In this document: positions 20,020 through 28,935 of the stretch, in pieces | Layout: every line of letters begins with the position of its first letter | Numbering within the stretch: position 1 is the stretch's first letter | Assembly (NCBI GenBank): GCA_964482495.1 | Contig: CAYZXS010000002.1 | Span: forward strand, 20,856-84,855 | DNA from: an uncultured Planctomycetales bacterium | GTDB lineage: Bacteria > Planctomycetota > UBA1135 | Reading direction: 5' to 3' | Length of the DNA: 64,000 nt | The notes under the pieces: generated by a model | What the model saw: only the letters and a program-made list of their open reading frames with translations | Told to the model about the DNA's origin: nothing | Database searches by the model: none | Program-made: the position numbers and the translations under genes

Positions 20020-21008
20020 GCCGCTACTTCGAAGTCCCCGACCAATTCGTCGGCGTGCCGCTCGACGAATTCGTCGCCAGCCACTGGCCCCGGGTGGCCA
20101 AGGGCCGGCTGCGCGAGCTGATCCGGGCCGGCCAGATCTCGATCGGGGGCACGCCGGTGCAGCCGGCGCAGCGGCTCCGGCCCTCCGACGTCGTGGTCGT
20201 CGACGCCGACCCCGGCAAGCTGCCCCAGGTGGCGGTGGCCGGCTTCGAGCCGCGCGTGATCTACCAGGACGAGCACCTGGTGGCCGTCGACAAGCCGCCG
20301 GGCTTCCCGGTGGAGCCGGGGCGGTGGGGGGAGCACCCCGTGACCCTGACCGGGGCCCTGCTCGACTGGGCCGCGGCGCGCCCCGGTCCCGACGGCGCTC
20401 CGCCGCCGCGGCCGCGGGCGCTGCACCGGCTCGACCTCGGCACCAGCGGCGTGCTGCTCTACGCCCTGAGCTTGGAGGCGGAGCGCTACTACCGCGAGCT
20501 GTTCTCCTCGCGCCAGGTCGAGAAGGTCTACCACGCCCTGGTCATCGGCGAGGTTCGCGAGGCCGGCGTGATCGACCAGCCGCTGGCGCCCGATCCTCGC
20601 GACGGCGGCCGGATGAAGGTCAGCCGCGGCGGCAAGGCTTCGGTCACGGAGTACACGCCGCTGCGCCGCTTCCGCGGCTACAGCCTGGTCGAGTGCCGGC
20701 CGCGCACCGGCCGCACCCACCAGATCCGGGTGCACCTGGCGAGCCTCGGCCACCCGCTGGCGGTCGATCCTCGGTACGGGGGCCGTGATAGAATGCTGCT
20801 CTCGGAGATCAAGCCCGGCTACAAGGCCAAGGCCGGTCGCGCCGAGAGCCCCCTGATCGAGCGCCTGACGCTGCACGCCGCCGAGCTGCAGCTGGTCTCC
20901 TTCCAGGGCGACGAGCTCCGCATCGCGGCGGAGCACCCCAAGGACCTGCGGGTCCTCCTCAGCAAAATGGAGAAGTGGCGCCGTGCGCCTGAAGAGAATC
21001 CAAGATGA
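20016..21008 (+). CDS. RluA-family (RluD-like) pseudouridine synthase with an S4 domain
   Basis: The GTG start overlaps the hpt stop. The catalytic motif is HRLDLGTSGVLLYA, followed by GRTHQIRVHLASLGHPL. Confidence 0.9.
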   Translation: MSRYFEVPDQFVGVPLDEFVASHWPRVAKGRLRELIRAGQISIGGTPVQPAQRLRPSDVVVVDADPGKLPQVAVAGFEPRVIYQDEHLVAVDKPPGFPVEPGRWGEHPVTLTGALLDWAAARPGPDGAPPPRPRALHRLDLGTSGVLLYALSLEAERYYRELFSSRQVEKVYHALVIGEVREAGVIDQPLAPDPRDGGRMKVSRGGKASVTEYTPLRRFRGYSLVECRPRTGRTHQIRVHLASLGHPLAVDPRYGGRDRMLLSEIKPGYKAKAGRAESPLIERLTLHAAELQLVSFQGDELRIAAEHPKDLRVLLSKMEKWRRAPEENPR

Positions 21009-22838
21009 CTTCCGGGTCTTCGAAGTGCTCGATGAAGAGGCGCTGCTCGGACCCGGGCCCTACACCCTCTACCGGGTCACCAAGCGCGGCCTGACCACCC
21101 ACGAGGCGGTCGACGTCCTGGCCAAGGAGGCCAAGGTGACGCGCAATGAGGTCGCCGTCGCCGGCCTCAAGGACAAGGACGGCATCACCGGCCAATTCAT
21201 GACCGTCGAGGGCGGCAAGCCGGTCCAGTACAAGGACCGCCAGCTGACCCTGCGCGGCATCGGCCCGGCCCGGCGGCCGATCGAGAGCGGCGACAACCGC
21301 GGCAACAGCTTCGAGATCGTGGTGCGCGACATGGAGGCGGCCGACATGGCCCGCATCCGGCGCAACATCGCCTCGGTGCGCGGCGCTGGCCTGCCGGCCT
21401 ACTTCGACGACCAGCGCTTCGGCTGCCTGCGCCACGGCCAGGGCTTCATCGTCCGCCAGCTGCTGCGCGGCGACGCCGAGGGCGCGGTCCGGGCGCTCTT
21501 GTGCGCGCCGTCCAAGTACGGCACCGAGGCGATCGAGAAGTTCAAGGCCGGCATCAACCGCCGCTGGGGAGACTGGGAGGAGCTGTGCGGCTACTGCCGC
21601 GGCCGGCGCGGCGCCTCCTTGTTCGAACACCTCCGCGACCACCCCGAGGACTTCACCGGGGCGCTGGTCCGTGGCGTCGCCACCCGCGAGCGCACCATCC
21701 ACCTGTTCGCCTACCAGTCGCACCTGTGGAACCGGGCCGCGGCGCTGTGGGTGCGGTCGCTGGCGCCGGCCGAGAACATCGGCTGGCTGCCGGGCGACGA
21801 CGGCGCGCTGCCGGTCTTCCGCGAGCTGTCGCCGGAGCAGCTGCGCGAGCTCAAGCAGGCGCGGCTGCCGCTGTTCGGCCACGGCGCCGAGCTCAGCGCC
21901 GAGGCCGAGCGTCACTACCAGGCGGTGTTTCGGGCCGAGGGCATCGACCCGGCGGCCTTCCGCGACCTCGACATCTCCGGCTTCCGGCCGCAGGGCGAGG
22001 ACCGGCCGCTGCTGATGATCCCGGAGTTCCTGCGCGCGGCCCCTGCGGAGCGCGACGACCTCTACCCGCGCCGCAGCAAGATGCGGCTGCGCTTCACGCT
22101 GCCGCGCGGCCAGTACGCCACCCTGGTGGCCAAGCGGCTGGCGATGCCGACCTCGGAGAGCGACCCGGCGCCGCGGCTGTACGTCTCCCGCCACCGCCTC
22201 GACTTCCCCGACAAGGACGGCCGCATGCCCGACGAGGACGAGCGCAACCGCCGCGACGACGAGCGCCGCTGGCACGCGCGCCGCTTCGAGCAGAAGAAGG
22301 AGAAGGAGCGCGGCGGCGGCCGCGGCTACGGCGGCGGGGGCGGCCACGGCGGCCCGCGCCGGGACGACCGCGGCCCCCGTCGGGATGACCGGCAGGAGGA
22401 CCGCCGCCCCCGAGGGGACGACCGGCGGGACGGCCGGCGGCCGCGGCGGGAGGACGACCGGCGGCCCCAGAGCCCCTGGAAGAAGCGCCGCGACGACGGC
22501 GCCGGCAAGGGCGGCCCGTGGAAGGGCAAGCCGCGCGACTCCGGCGAGCGGCGCGGCTCCTGGTCTCCGGGCAGCAAGCCCGGCAGCAAGCCCGACGGGA
22601 AGCCCGCGAGGGGTCCGGGCAGCAAGCCCTCGCCTTGGAAGTCGAAGCCTGAGAAGCCCGGGAAGCCGGCCTCGAGCTGGGGCGGTCGGGACGGCAAGGG
22701 CGGCCGAAGCGGGGCCGGCGGCGGCAAGACCGGCGGCGGCGACAAGCCGGCGTGGGGCGGCAAGTGGAAGCCGCGCCCCGACCGGGACCAGGATCAGGGC
22801 GATGACCCGAAGCCGCGGCCGCGCCGCGAGGACGAAGA

Positions 22839-22842
<4 letters not shown>
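20983..22842 (+). CDS. truD: tRNA pseudouridine synthase TruD with a ~210-aa low-complexity basic C-terminal extension
   Basis: The TruD core includes MRLKRIQDDFRVFEVLD...VAVAGLKDKDGITGQFMTV...YFDDQRFG. From about nt 22200 the frame encodes an R/D/G/K/P/W-rich tail that runs to the stop at 22842. Confidence 0.85.
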
Positions 22843-23699
<857 letters not shown>

Positions 23700-23700
23700 G

Positions 23701-24312
23701 GTGGCCGAGGGCGACCGCGTCGTTCCGGGGCAGGAGGGGCTCGGCGAGCACGAGGACCGCGGCTCGCGCTTCCTGGCCTGGGTCTTCCGCGCCGCCGACG
23801 AGCAGGCCCTGAAGGCGCGGCTGGAGGCCATCCGCGCCGAGCACCCCAAGGCCCGCCACTCCTGCTGGGCCTGGTTCGGCGGCCCCGGCGCCTACCGCTT
23901 CTTCGACGACGGCGAGCCCGGCGGCACCGCCGGCCGGCCGATGTTGCAGGTGCTCGAGGGCTGCGGCATGAGCGAGGTGGGGGCGGTCTGCGTCCGCTAC
24001 TTCGGCGGCGTCAAGCTCGGCACCGGCGGCCTGGCGCGGGCCTACGGCGGCGCCACGGCCCGCGCCGCCGACGCCACCGGTCGCCTGACCGTGCCAGCCA
24101 CGACGGAGTACTGGCTGCGGCTGCCCTTCGACCTGCTCGGCTTGCGCAACGAGATCGAGGCCCTGTGTCCCTCCTGCCGCTTCGACGGCGCCTACACCAA
24201 CGACGGCTGGGAAGGCCGGCTGGTGCTGGTGCTGGCCGACTCCGCCCGCTTCGAGGAGCTGCTCGAGGAGAAGGGCGCCGGCCGGGCCCGTTGGACGCGG
24301 GCCGGCGGCTGA
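23701..24312 (+). CDS. YigZ/IMPACT-family (UPF0029) protein
   Basis: The GTG at 23701 lies directly after the mtnP stop. The sequence includes EDRGSRFLAWVF...ARHSCWAW...DDGEPGGTAGRPML...VVRYFGGVKLGTGGLARAYG. The upstream in-frame start at 23665 is less likely. Confidence 0.8.
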   Translation: MAEGDRVVPGQEGLGEHEDRGSRFLAWVFRAADEQALKARLEAIRAEHPKARHSCWAWFGGPGAYRFFDDGEPGGTAGRPMLQVLEGCGMSEVGAVCVRYFGGVKLGTGGLARAYGGATARAADATGRLTVPATTEYWLRLPFDLLGLRNEIEALCPSCRFDGAYTNDGWEGRLVLVLADSARFEELLEEKGAGRARWTRAGG

Positions 24313-24355
24313 GCCGCGCTATCGTGGGCCGGCCCCCTGCGGACCCATCCGCGCC

Positions 24356-24937
24356 GTGACCGCCCACCCTGAGGACCTCGCCCTGGCCCGCCGCATCGCT
24401 GTCGGCGACGAGGCCGCTGCCGCCGACTTCTTCCGCCAGCACAGCGGCGAGATGTACGGCTACGCCCGCAAGATGCTCGGCGAGGCCGAGGCCGCCGAGG
24501 ACGCCTTGCAGGAGGCGATGCTCGGCGCCCTGCGCTCGATCGAGCGCTACGACGGCCGCGTCGCGCTGCGCGCCTGGGCCTTCGGCATCCTGCGCCACAA
24601 GATCACCGACGCCCACCGCAAGCGCGGCCGCGACTTCGTCGTCAGCAGCGCCGACCCGGAGGCCGAGCGCTTCCAGGCCGGCGGCGGCTGGAAAGATGAT
24701 GTCACCTTCCAGCCCTGGGACGAGAAGGCGGAGCTGATGGAGATCGTCCGGAGGTGCATGGATGAGCTGCCGCACAACCAGCGGGAGGTGCTGCTGCTGC
24801 GGGCGCTGGAGGGGCTCTCGACCCGCGAGGCGGCCGAGCTGCTCGAGCTCTCCGAGGACAACCTGCGCCAGGTCTTACACCGGGCCCGGGCCTCGGTGCG
24901 GCGATGCACCGACCGGAAGGCGGGAGAGGCGGCGTGA
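24356..24937 (+). CDS. ECF-type RNA polymerase sigma-70 factor
   Basis: Region 2 is EDALQEAMLGALRSIERYDGRVALRAWAFGILRHKITDAHRKR. Region 4 is LPHNQREVLLLRALEGLSTREAAELLELSEDNLRQVLHRAR. Confidence 0.9.
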   Translation: MTAHPEDLALARRIAVGDEAAAADFFRQHSGEMYGYARKMLGEAEAAEDALQEAMLGALRSIERYDGRVALRAWAFGILRHKITDAHRKRGRDFVVSSADPEAERFQAGGGWKDDVTFQPWDEKAELMEIVRRCMDELPHNQREVLLLRALEGLSTREAAELLELSEDNLRQVLHRARASVRRCTDRKAGEAA

Positions 24938-25185
24938 ACCCCGGCATCCTGATGAAGTGTCGCGAGTCCTACGGCGTGCTCAGCGCCTACTTGGACGGCG
25001 AAGTGGGTCTGGTGGACCGCATGTGGCTCAAGGGCCACCTGATGATGTGCGCCAAGTGCAGGGTGTACTTCGAGCAGTTCCGCAGGGTGCACGAGCTGAC
25101 CGGCGCGCCGCTGCCGGAGGACCTGCCGCAGGACTTCGACGCGGTCCTGGCCGCGGTGCTGCGGCGCTGGAAGGACCAGTCCTAG
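24934..25185 (+). CDS. Anti-sigma factor (zf-HC2 type), small cytoplasmic form
   Basis: The GTG start has a GTGA overlap with the sigma factor stop. The H-x3-C-x2-C motif is HLMMCAKCRVYFEQF. An alternative ATG lies at 24952. Confidence 0.7.
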   Translation: MNPGILMKCRESYGVLSAYLDGEVGLVDRMWLKGHLMMCAKCRVYFEQFRRVHELTGAPLPEDLPQDFDAVLAAVLRRWKDQS

Positions 25186-25252
25186 GCGCCGCTCGGAGCG
25201 GAGGCACAGCGGGAACGGCGAATCCCAGCGCGGATGGTGCCGCGGGAGAGAA

Positions 25253-25268
25253 GTTAGAAATATCTAAC
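25253..25268. promoter_or_regulatory. Candidate operator: near-palindrome GTTAGAAATATCTAAC
   Basis: Seven of 8 half-site positions pair. It sits in an AT-rich island 30 nt upstream of the membrane-protein/XRE operon start at 25298. Confidence 0.35.
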
Positions 25269-25297
25269 AATGGGCGGGGTCGACGGCGCATAGCCTG

Positions 25298-25735
25298 ATG
25301 CAGCCCAAGATCACCATGGACTCCAATCGCCTGCTCCCTCTCCTGCTCGGCACGGTCGGCCTCGCCCTGGTCGGGGCCGGGCTGCTCCGCTGGACCTCCG
25401 CCGGCGCTCTGGCGCTGGACTCCAGGATCCTGCTCGGCGCGGGCCTGGCCCTCGTCCTGGGCGTCGTCTTCGCTGGCAATCGCCGGCGGAGGGAGCAGCG
25501 TCGAGAGGCGGGCTTTCCGGCCGACGACGAGCTCTCTCTCAAGTGGAAGCACGAGGCCGGCTACATCGCCCTGCACCTGTCCTTCTTCCTCTGGATGGCG
25601 ATCTTCTTCTTCCAGGACCACTTCGGCGAGCGCGAGACCATGCTCGGAGCGGGGCTCCTGGGGTCGGCTGGCCTCTATGGCCTCACCCTGCTGATCCTCC
25701 AGAAGCGGACCGCGCGCGATGAAGACCCGCATTAA
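25298..25735 (+). CDS. Four-TM membrane protein (DUF2178-like), partner of the downstream XRE regulator
   Basis: Four hydrophobic helices are visible. The 3' end overlaps the XRE gene start by 17 nt. This pairing is a commonly seen gene pair. Confidence 0.7.
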   Translation: MQPKITMDSNRLLPLLLGTVGLALVGAGLLRWTSAGALALDSRILLGAGLALVLGVVFAGNRRRREQRREAGFPADDELSLKWKHEAGYIALHLSFFLWMAIFFFQDHFGERETMLGAGLLGSAGLYGLTLLILQKRTARDEDPH

Positions 25736-25907
25736 GGAGCTGCGGGCGCGCTTCGAGCTGACCCAAAGCCAGCTGGCGCTGAAGGTCGGCGTGCGGCGCG
25801 AGACCATCGTCTTCCTCGAGAAGGGCAAGTACATGCCGTCGCTGAAGCTGGCCCGCGACGTCGCCCAGGTCTTCGGCCTGCCGATCGAAGAGGTGTTCTT
25901 GTTCTGA
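25719..25907 (+). CDS. XRE-family helix-turn-helix transcriptional regulator (62 aa)
   Basis: [60 protein letters not shown] is a complete HTH_3-type domain. Confidence 0.85.
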   Translation: MKTRIKELRARFELTQSQLALKVGVRRETIVFLEKGKYMPSLKLARDVAQVFGLPIEEVFLF

Positions 25908-25928
25908 CGGGGCGGCGGCCAGCCGCGC

Positions 25929-26540
25929 TCAGCGATGTTCCAGGTCGCTCGCGGTGTCGACGTCGGCGATCGGAGGGAGGAGGGTCGTCCGCAAGTCTGC
26001 GGCCGCCGCCGCGGCGAGGGTGAGCCGCGCCACCTGGTCAGTGCTCCACGGCATGCTCCGGAACAGCGCCGGGTGGGCGCCGCGGGCAGCCAGCAAGGCG
26101 TAGCCGCCGTCGTGGGCCGGCACGAGGGCGAGGTCGGTGCCTGCCGTGGCGCCGCCGGCGGGGGAGGCGAGGTCCGCGGCGGCCCCGCGGATCCGCGCCG
26201 CGTCCAGCTCCGGAGCGTCGGTGCCCGCTACCGCCGCCCACGGCGCGCCCGCGGCCTCGGAGGCCTCGAAGGCCGCCAGCATGCGCGCGCCGAGGTCGGC
26301 GCCGGCCTGCCCGAGCACGCGGTCGGCGCCGGCCAACCATGCCCGGCAATCCTCCACGCGGTCGGCCGGCTCCACCCACAGCCACCGCTGCCACTCCGGA
26401 TCCTCGTAGCCGGCCCAGCAGCGCTCCGCCAGCTGCCGGTAGATCTCGCGCGCTCGCTCCTGCCCGAGGTCCGCCGCCAGCCGGGTCTTCACCGGCCCCT
26501 CCGCCCACCAGCGGGCGAAGACGTGCAGCACCGGCTTCAC
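25929..26540 (-). CDS. DUF2064 / TIGR04282-type nucleotidyl-glycosyltransferase-like protein ('transferase 1, rSAM/selenodomain-associated')
   Basis: The GTG start has a GTGA overlap with the upstream gene. The N-terminus is VFARWWAEGPVKTRLAADLG (KTRL motif), followed by VAGTDAPEL...VPAHDGGYALL. Confidence 0.8.
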   Translation of the reverse strand: MKPVLHVFARWWAEGPVKTRLAADLGQERAREIYRQLAERCWAGYEDPEWQRWLWVEPADRVEDCRAWLAGADRVLGQAGADLGARMLAAFEASEAAGAPWAAVAGTDAPELDAARIRGAAADLASPAGGATAGTDLALVPAHDGGYALLAARGAHPALFRSMPWSTDQVARLTLAAAAAADLRTTLLPPIADVDTASDLEHR

Positions 26541-27082
26541 GCCAGCCCCTCCTCGGGGTCGATGCCGAGGCCGTCCGCGATCCGGTTGATGTAGTTGAAG
26601 TAGGCCACCACCTGGCAGATGTCGCTGACCCCGCGGTCGTCCCAGCCGGCCTCGCGCAGCGCCACCACGTCGCGCTCGCTCATTCGCTCCGGGGCGCGAG
26701 TCAGCTTCTGGGCGTAGGCGCAGGCGGCCTTCTCGGCGTCGCCGAGGGGCGCGTCCATCCAGCCGCGCTCGACCAAGTGCGTCGCCAGCTCCTCTTCTCC
26801 GACCTCGACACGGAGGTCATGGGCGTGGGCCTGCACTCAGTAATGGCAGTCATTGGCCCGGCTGACGACCACCGCCAGGGTCTCGCGCAGGCGCGGCTCC
26901 AGGCTGGAGTCGGCCTGCATCACCGAGGCGTAGAGCCCCATCGAGGCCCGCAGCTGGCGCGGGTTCTGGCCCATGATGCGGACCACGTTCCAGACCCGGC
27001 CGGCGCGCTGGACGGCGTCGGCGTAGATCTTCTTCAGCAGGCCTTCGGCCTCGTCGTCGGGAATCTGGCGGATCCAGGCCAT
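26537..27082 (-). CDS. AhpD-like 'peroxidase-related enzyme' (carboxymuconolactone decarboxylase family) with an in-frame TGA at 26837-26839; candidate selenoprotein (C-H-Y-U)
   Basis: Two same-frame ORFs are split by one TGA. Joined, they read ...LAVVVSRANDCHY[TGA]VQAHAHDL..., placing the TGA at the second Cys of the family's CxxC motif. A hairpin lies 18 nt downstream. The frame continues with good codon bias to a stop that overlaps the next gene's start. Confidence 0.65.
26801..26818 (-). promoter_or_regulatory. Candidate SECIS hairpin for the AhpD-like gene
   Basis: The mRNA reads GACCUC-CGUGUC-GAGGUC, starting 18 nt after the UGA. The stem is 6 bp and the apical loop has G at position 2 and a GU. 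Confidence 0.5.
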
Positions 27083-27815
27083 GGCGAATCGTAGGGCGAG
27101 TCTACCCTGCTCTCCTCCTGCTTTCGCCGCCGCTCTGGTGAACCGCCTCCATCACCCCGCCCGCGCCCGCCGCGCGGTCCTCGCCGCCGCCCTGCTCGCC
27201 GCCTGCGCCGCGCCCGAGCGTTCGGTGCCGCCGGTGGAGCACCCCGACGGCGGCTGCTCGCTCTGCGACCTAGCCCGGGACAAGCGCGGTTCGGTGGTCC
27301 GGATCCAGACTCCGCAGGGCTCGGGCACCGGCACCGTCGTCAGCGACCGCGGCCGGATCCTGACCAACGCCCACGTCGCCCGCCGGCTCGGGCCGGTCTG
27401 GATCGGCACCCACGACGGCGAGCTGGTGCGCGGCCGGGTGGTCCGGCTCGACCGGGACGAGGACCTGGCGCTGATCCAGGCCGACGCGCCCTGGGTGCTG
27501 TGGCGGCCGATCCAGATCGCCGCCGAGGAGGCCGCGCCCGGCAGCTTCGCGACCTCGATCGGCTACCCGGCGGAGGACGGCTGGCTGGTCGACCACGGCC
27601 GCGTCGAGGGCTTGCTCCCGGCCGGAGGCTTCGCCGACGTCAGCTACCTGCAGAGCGACGTGGCGATCTTCCCGGGCGGCTCCGGCGGCCCGCTGCTGGA
27701 CGCCCGCGGCGAGCTGGTCGGGTTGATGACCGGCCGGCGGAAGGGCGACGCCGAAGGCCCGAGCTACGCCCGCCCGGCCGCGGCGCTGCGCCGCTTCCTC
27801 GAGATTTCTGGGTAA
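27081..27815 (+). CDS. Trypsin-like serine protease (S1 family) lipoprotein
   Basis: The lipobox is LAAALLAAC. The catalytic His region is GSGTGTVVSDRGRILTNAHVA and the catalytic Ser is GGSGGPLL. The ATG at 27081 overlaps the divergent gene's start codon, so the GTG at 27138 is a plausible alternative. Confidence 0.8.
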   Translation: MANRRASLPCSPPAFAAALVNRLHHPARARRAVLAAALLAACAAPERSVPPVEHPDGGCSLCDLARDKRGSVVRIQTPQGSGTGTVVSDRGRILTNAHVARRLGPVWIGTHDGELVRGRVVRLDRDEDLALIQADAPWVLWRPIQIAAEEAAPGSFATSIGYPAEDGWLVDHGRVEGLLPAGGFADVSYLQSDVAIFPGGSGGPLLDARGELVGLMTGRRKGDAEGPSYARPAAALRRFLEISG

Positions 27816-27845
27816 CGGCCGGGCCGCGGGCGCGAAGGTGTCGGC

Positions 27846-28889
27846 ATGAAGACGACCCCGCTGTCCATCGCCGCGCTCGCGCTCCTGGCTCCGGCCGCCG
27901 CCGCCCAGGAGATCTTCAGCGAAGCGGACTACGACGCCAACGCCCGCCAGGTGGTCGACCGCGACTACTTCCCGGTCTTGGACCACCCCGAGATGAGCTC
28001 CGCGGCCGCGGCCGAGGAGTTCCTCGGCGACGACGAGCCGGTGATCGGCGTGGTCCTGAACGGCGACGCCCGCGCCTACCCGGTGCCGGTCATGGGCAAG
28101 CACGAGCTGGCCAACGACACGGTCGGGGGGGTGCCGGTCGCGGTCAGCTGGTGACCGCTGTGCCAGACGGCCATCGTGTATGGCCGGACCCTGGGCGAGC
28201 GGGTGCTGGACTTCGGGCACGAGGGCGTGCTCTACCGCAAGTCCTTCATGATGTACGACCGCCAGACCGAGTCGCTGTGGCTGCACGTCACCGGCCAGGC
28301 GCTGAAGGGCGAGCTCAAGGGCGCCCAGCTCGACTTCCTGCCGGTGGAGGTGGTGCCGTGGTCGGATTGGCGCGAGCGCTACCCGGACACCAAGGTGCTG
28401 GTGGGGGAGAAGGCCGAGGGTTTCATGGGCGACTTTCAGCTCTGGAAGCACACCGCCGACTACGGCCTCAGCGTCGGCGAGGGCCGCGAGGTGGCGCTGT
28501 TCGAATTCGAGATGCTGGTCCGGGTTCCGGTCCTGAACGACCGCGGCGGCCCGCGGCCGCTGGTGGTGGCCTACGACCCGCGCCGGACCACCGCCGCCGC
28601 CTTCTTCGCCCGCGTCGAAGGCGTCGACGGCGGCGTGGAGCTGCACTTCGAGGCGGTGGTGGACCCCGAGTACCCGAGCCCGCTGATGCGCGACGTCGAG
28701 ACCGGCAGCCTGTGGGACCGCGGCGGCGGCCGCTGCCTAGCCGGTCCGCTCGCCGGGCGGGCGCTCGAGCGCGCCGTCTCGGTGCCGTGGCTGAATCGCC
28801 GCTGGCAGGGCTTCTTCCCCGAGGGCCGGCGGGTGACGCTGCCGCAGCTCGAGAGCGACGCCGATTCCGAGGACGAACGGGAAGATTGA
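27846..28889 (+). CDS. DUF3179-family secreted protein with an in-frame TGA at 28152-28154; candidate selenoprotein (U-P-L-C)
   Basis: The signal peptide is MKTTPLSIAALALLAPAAAAQ. Same-frame ORFs flank a single TGA: ...GGVPVAVSW[TGA]PLCQTAIVYGR.... As I recall it, the family motif is (T/S)-(Y/W)-C-P-L-C. A hairpin lies 14 nt downstream. Confidence 0.65.
28169..28185 (+). promoter_or_regulatory. Candidate SECIS hairpin for the DUF3179 gene
   Basis: The mRNA reads GGCCAU-CGUGU-AUGGCC, starting 14 nt after the UGA. A possible lower stem pairs CCAG with CUGG. Confidence 0.5.
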
Positions 28890-28935
28890 GCCTGGATTCG
28901 CCGTCACAAGCAGCGTGCCGGGTCGAAGCCCGGGT

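Noticed and set aside
26537-28889. Interpreting the two split ORF pairs (26537-26836/26837-27082 and 27846-28154/28176-28889) as pseudogenes or as separate small genes.
   Set aside because: Each pair is interrupted by exactly one TGA and no frameshift. The TGA falls on a CxxC cysteine, and codon bias and family similarity continue downstream. A similar hairpin follows each TGA. Pseudogenisation cannot be excluded without seeing sel genes, so confidence is kept moderate.
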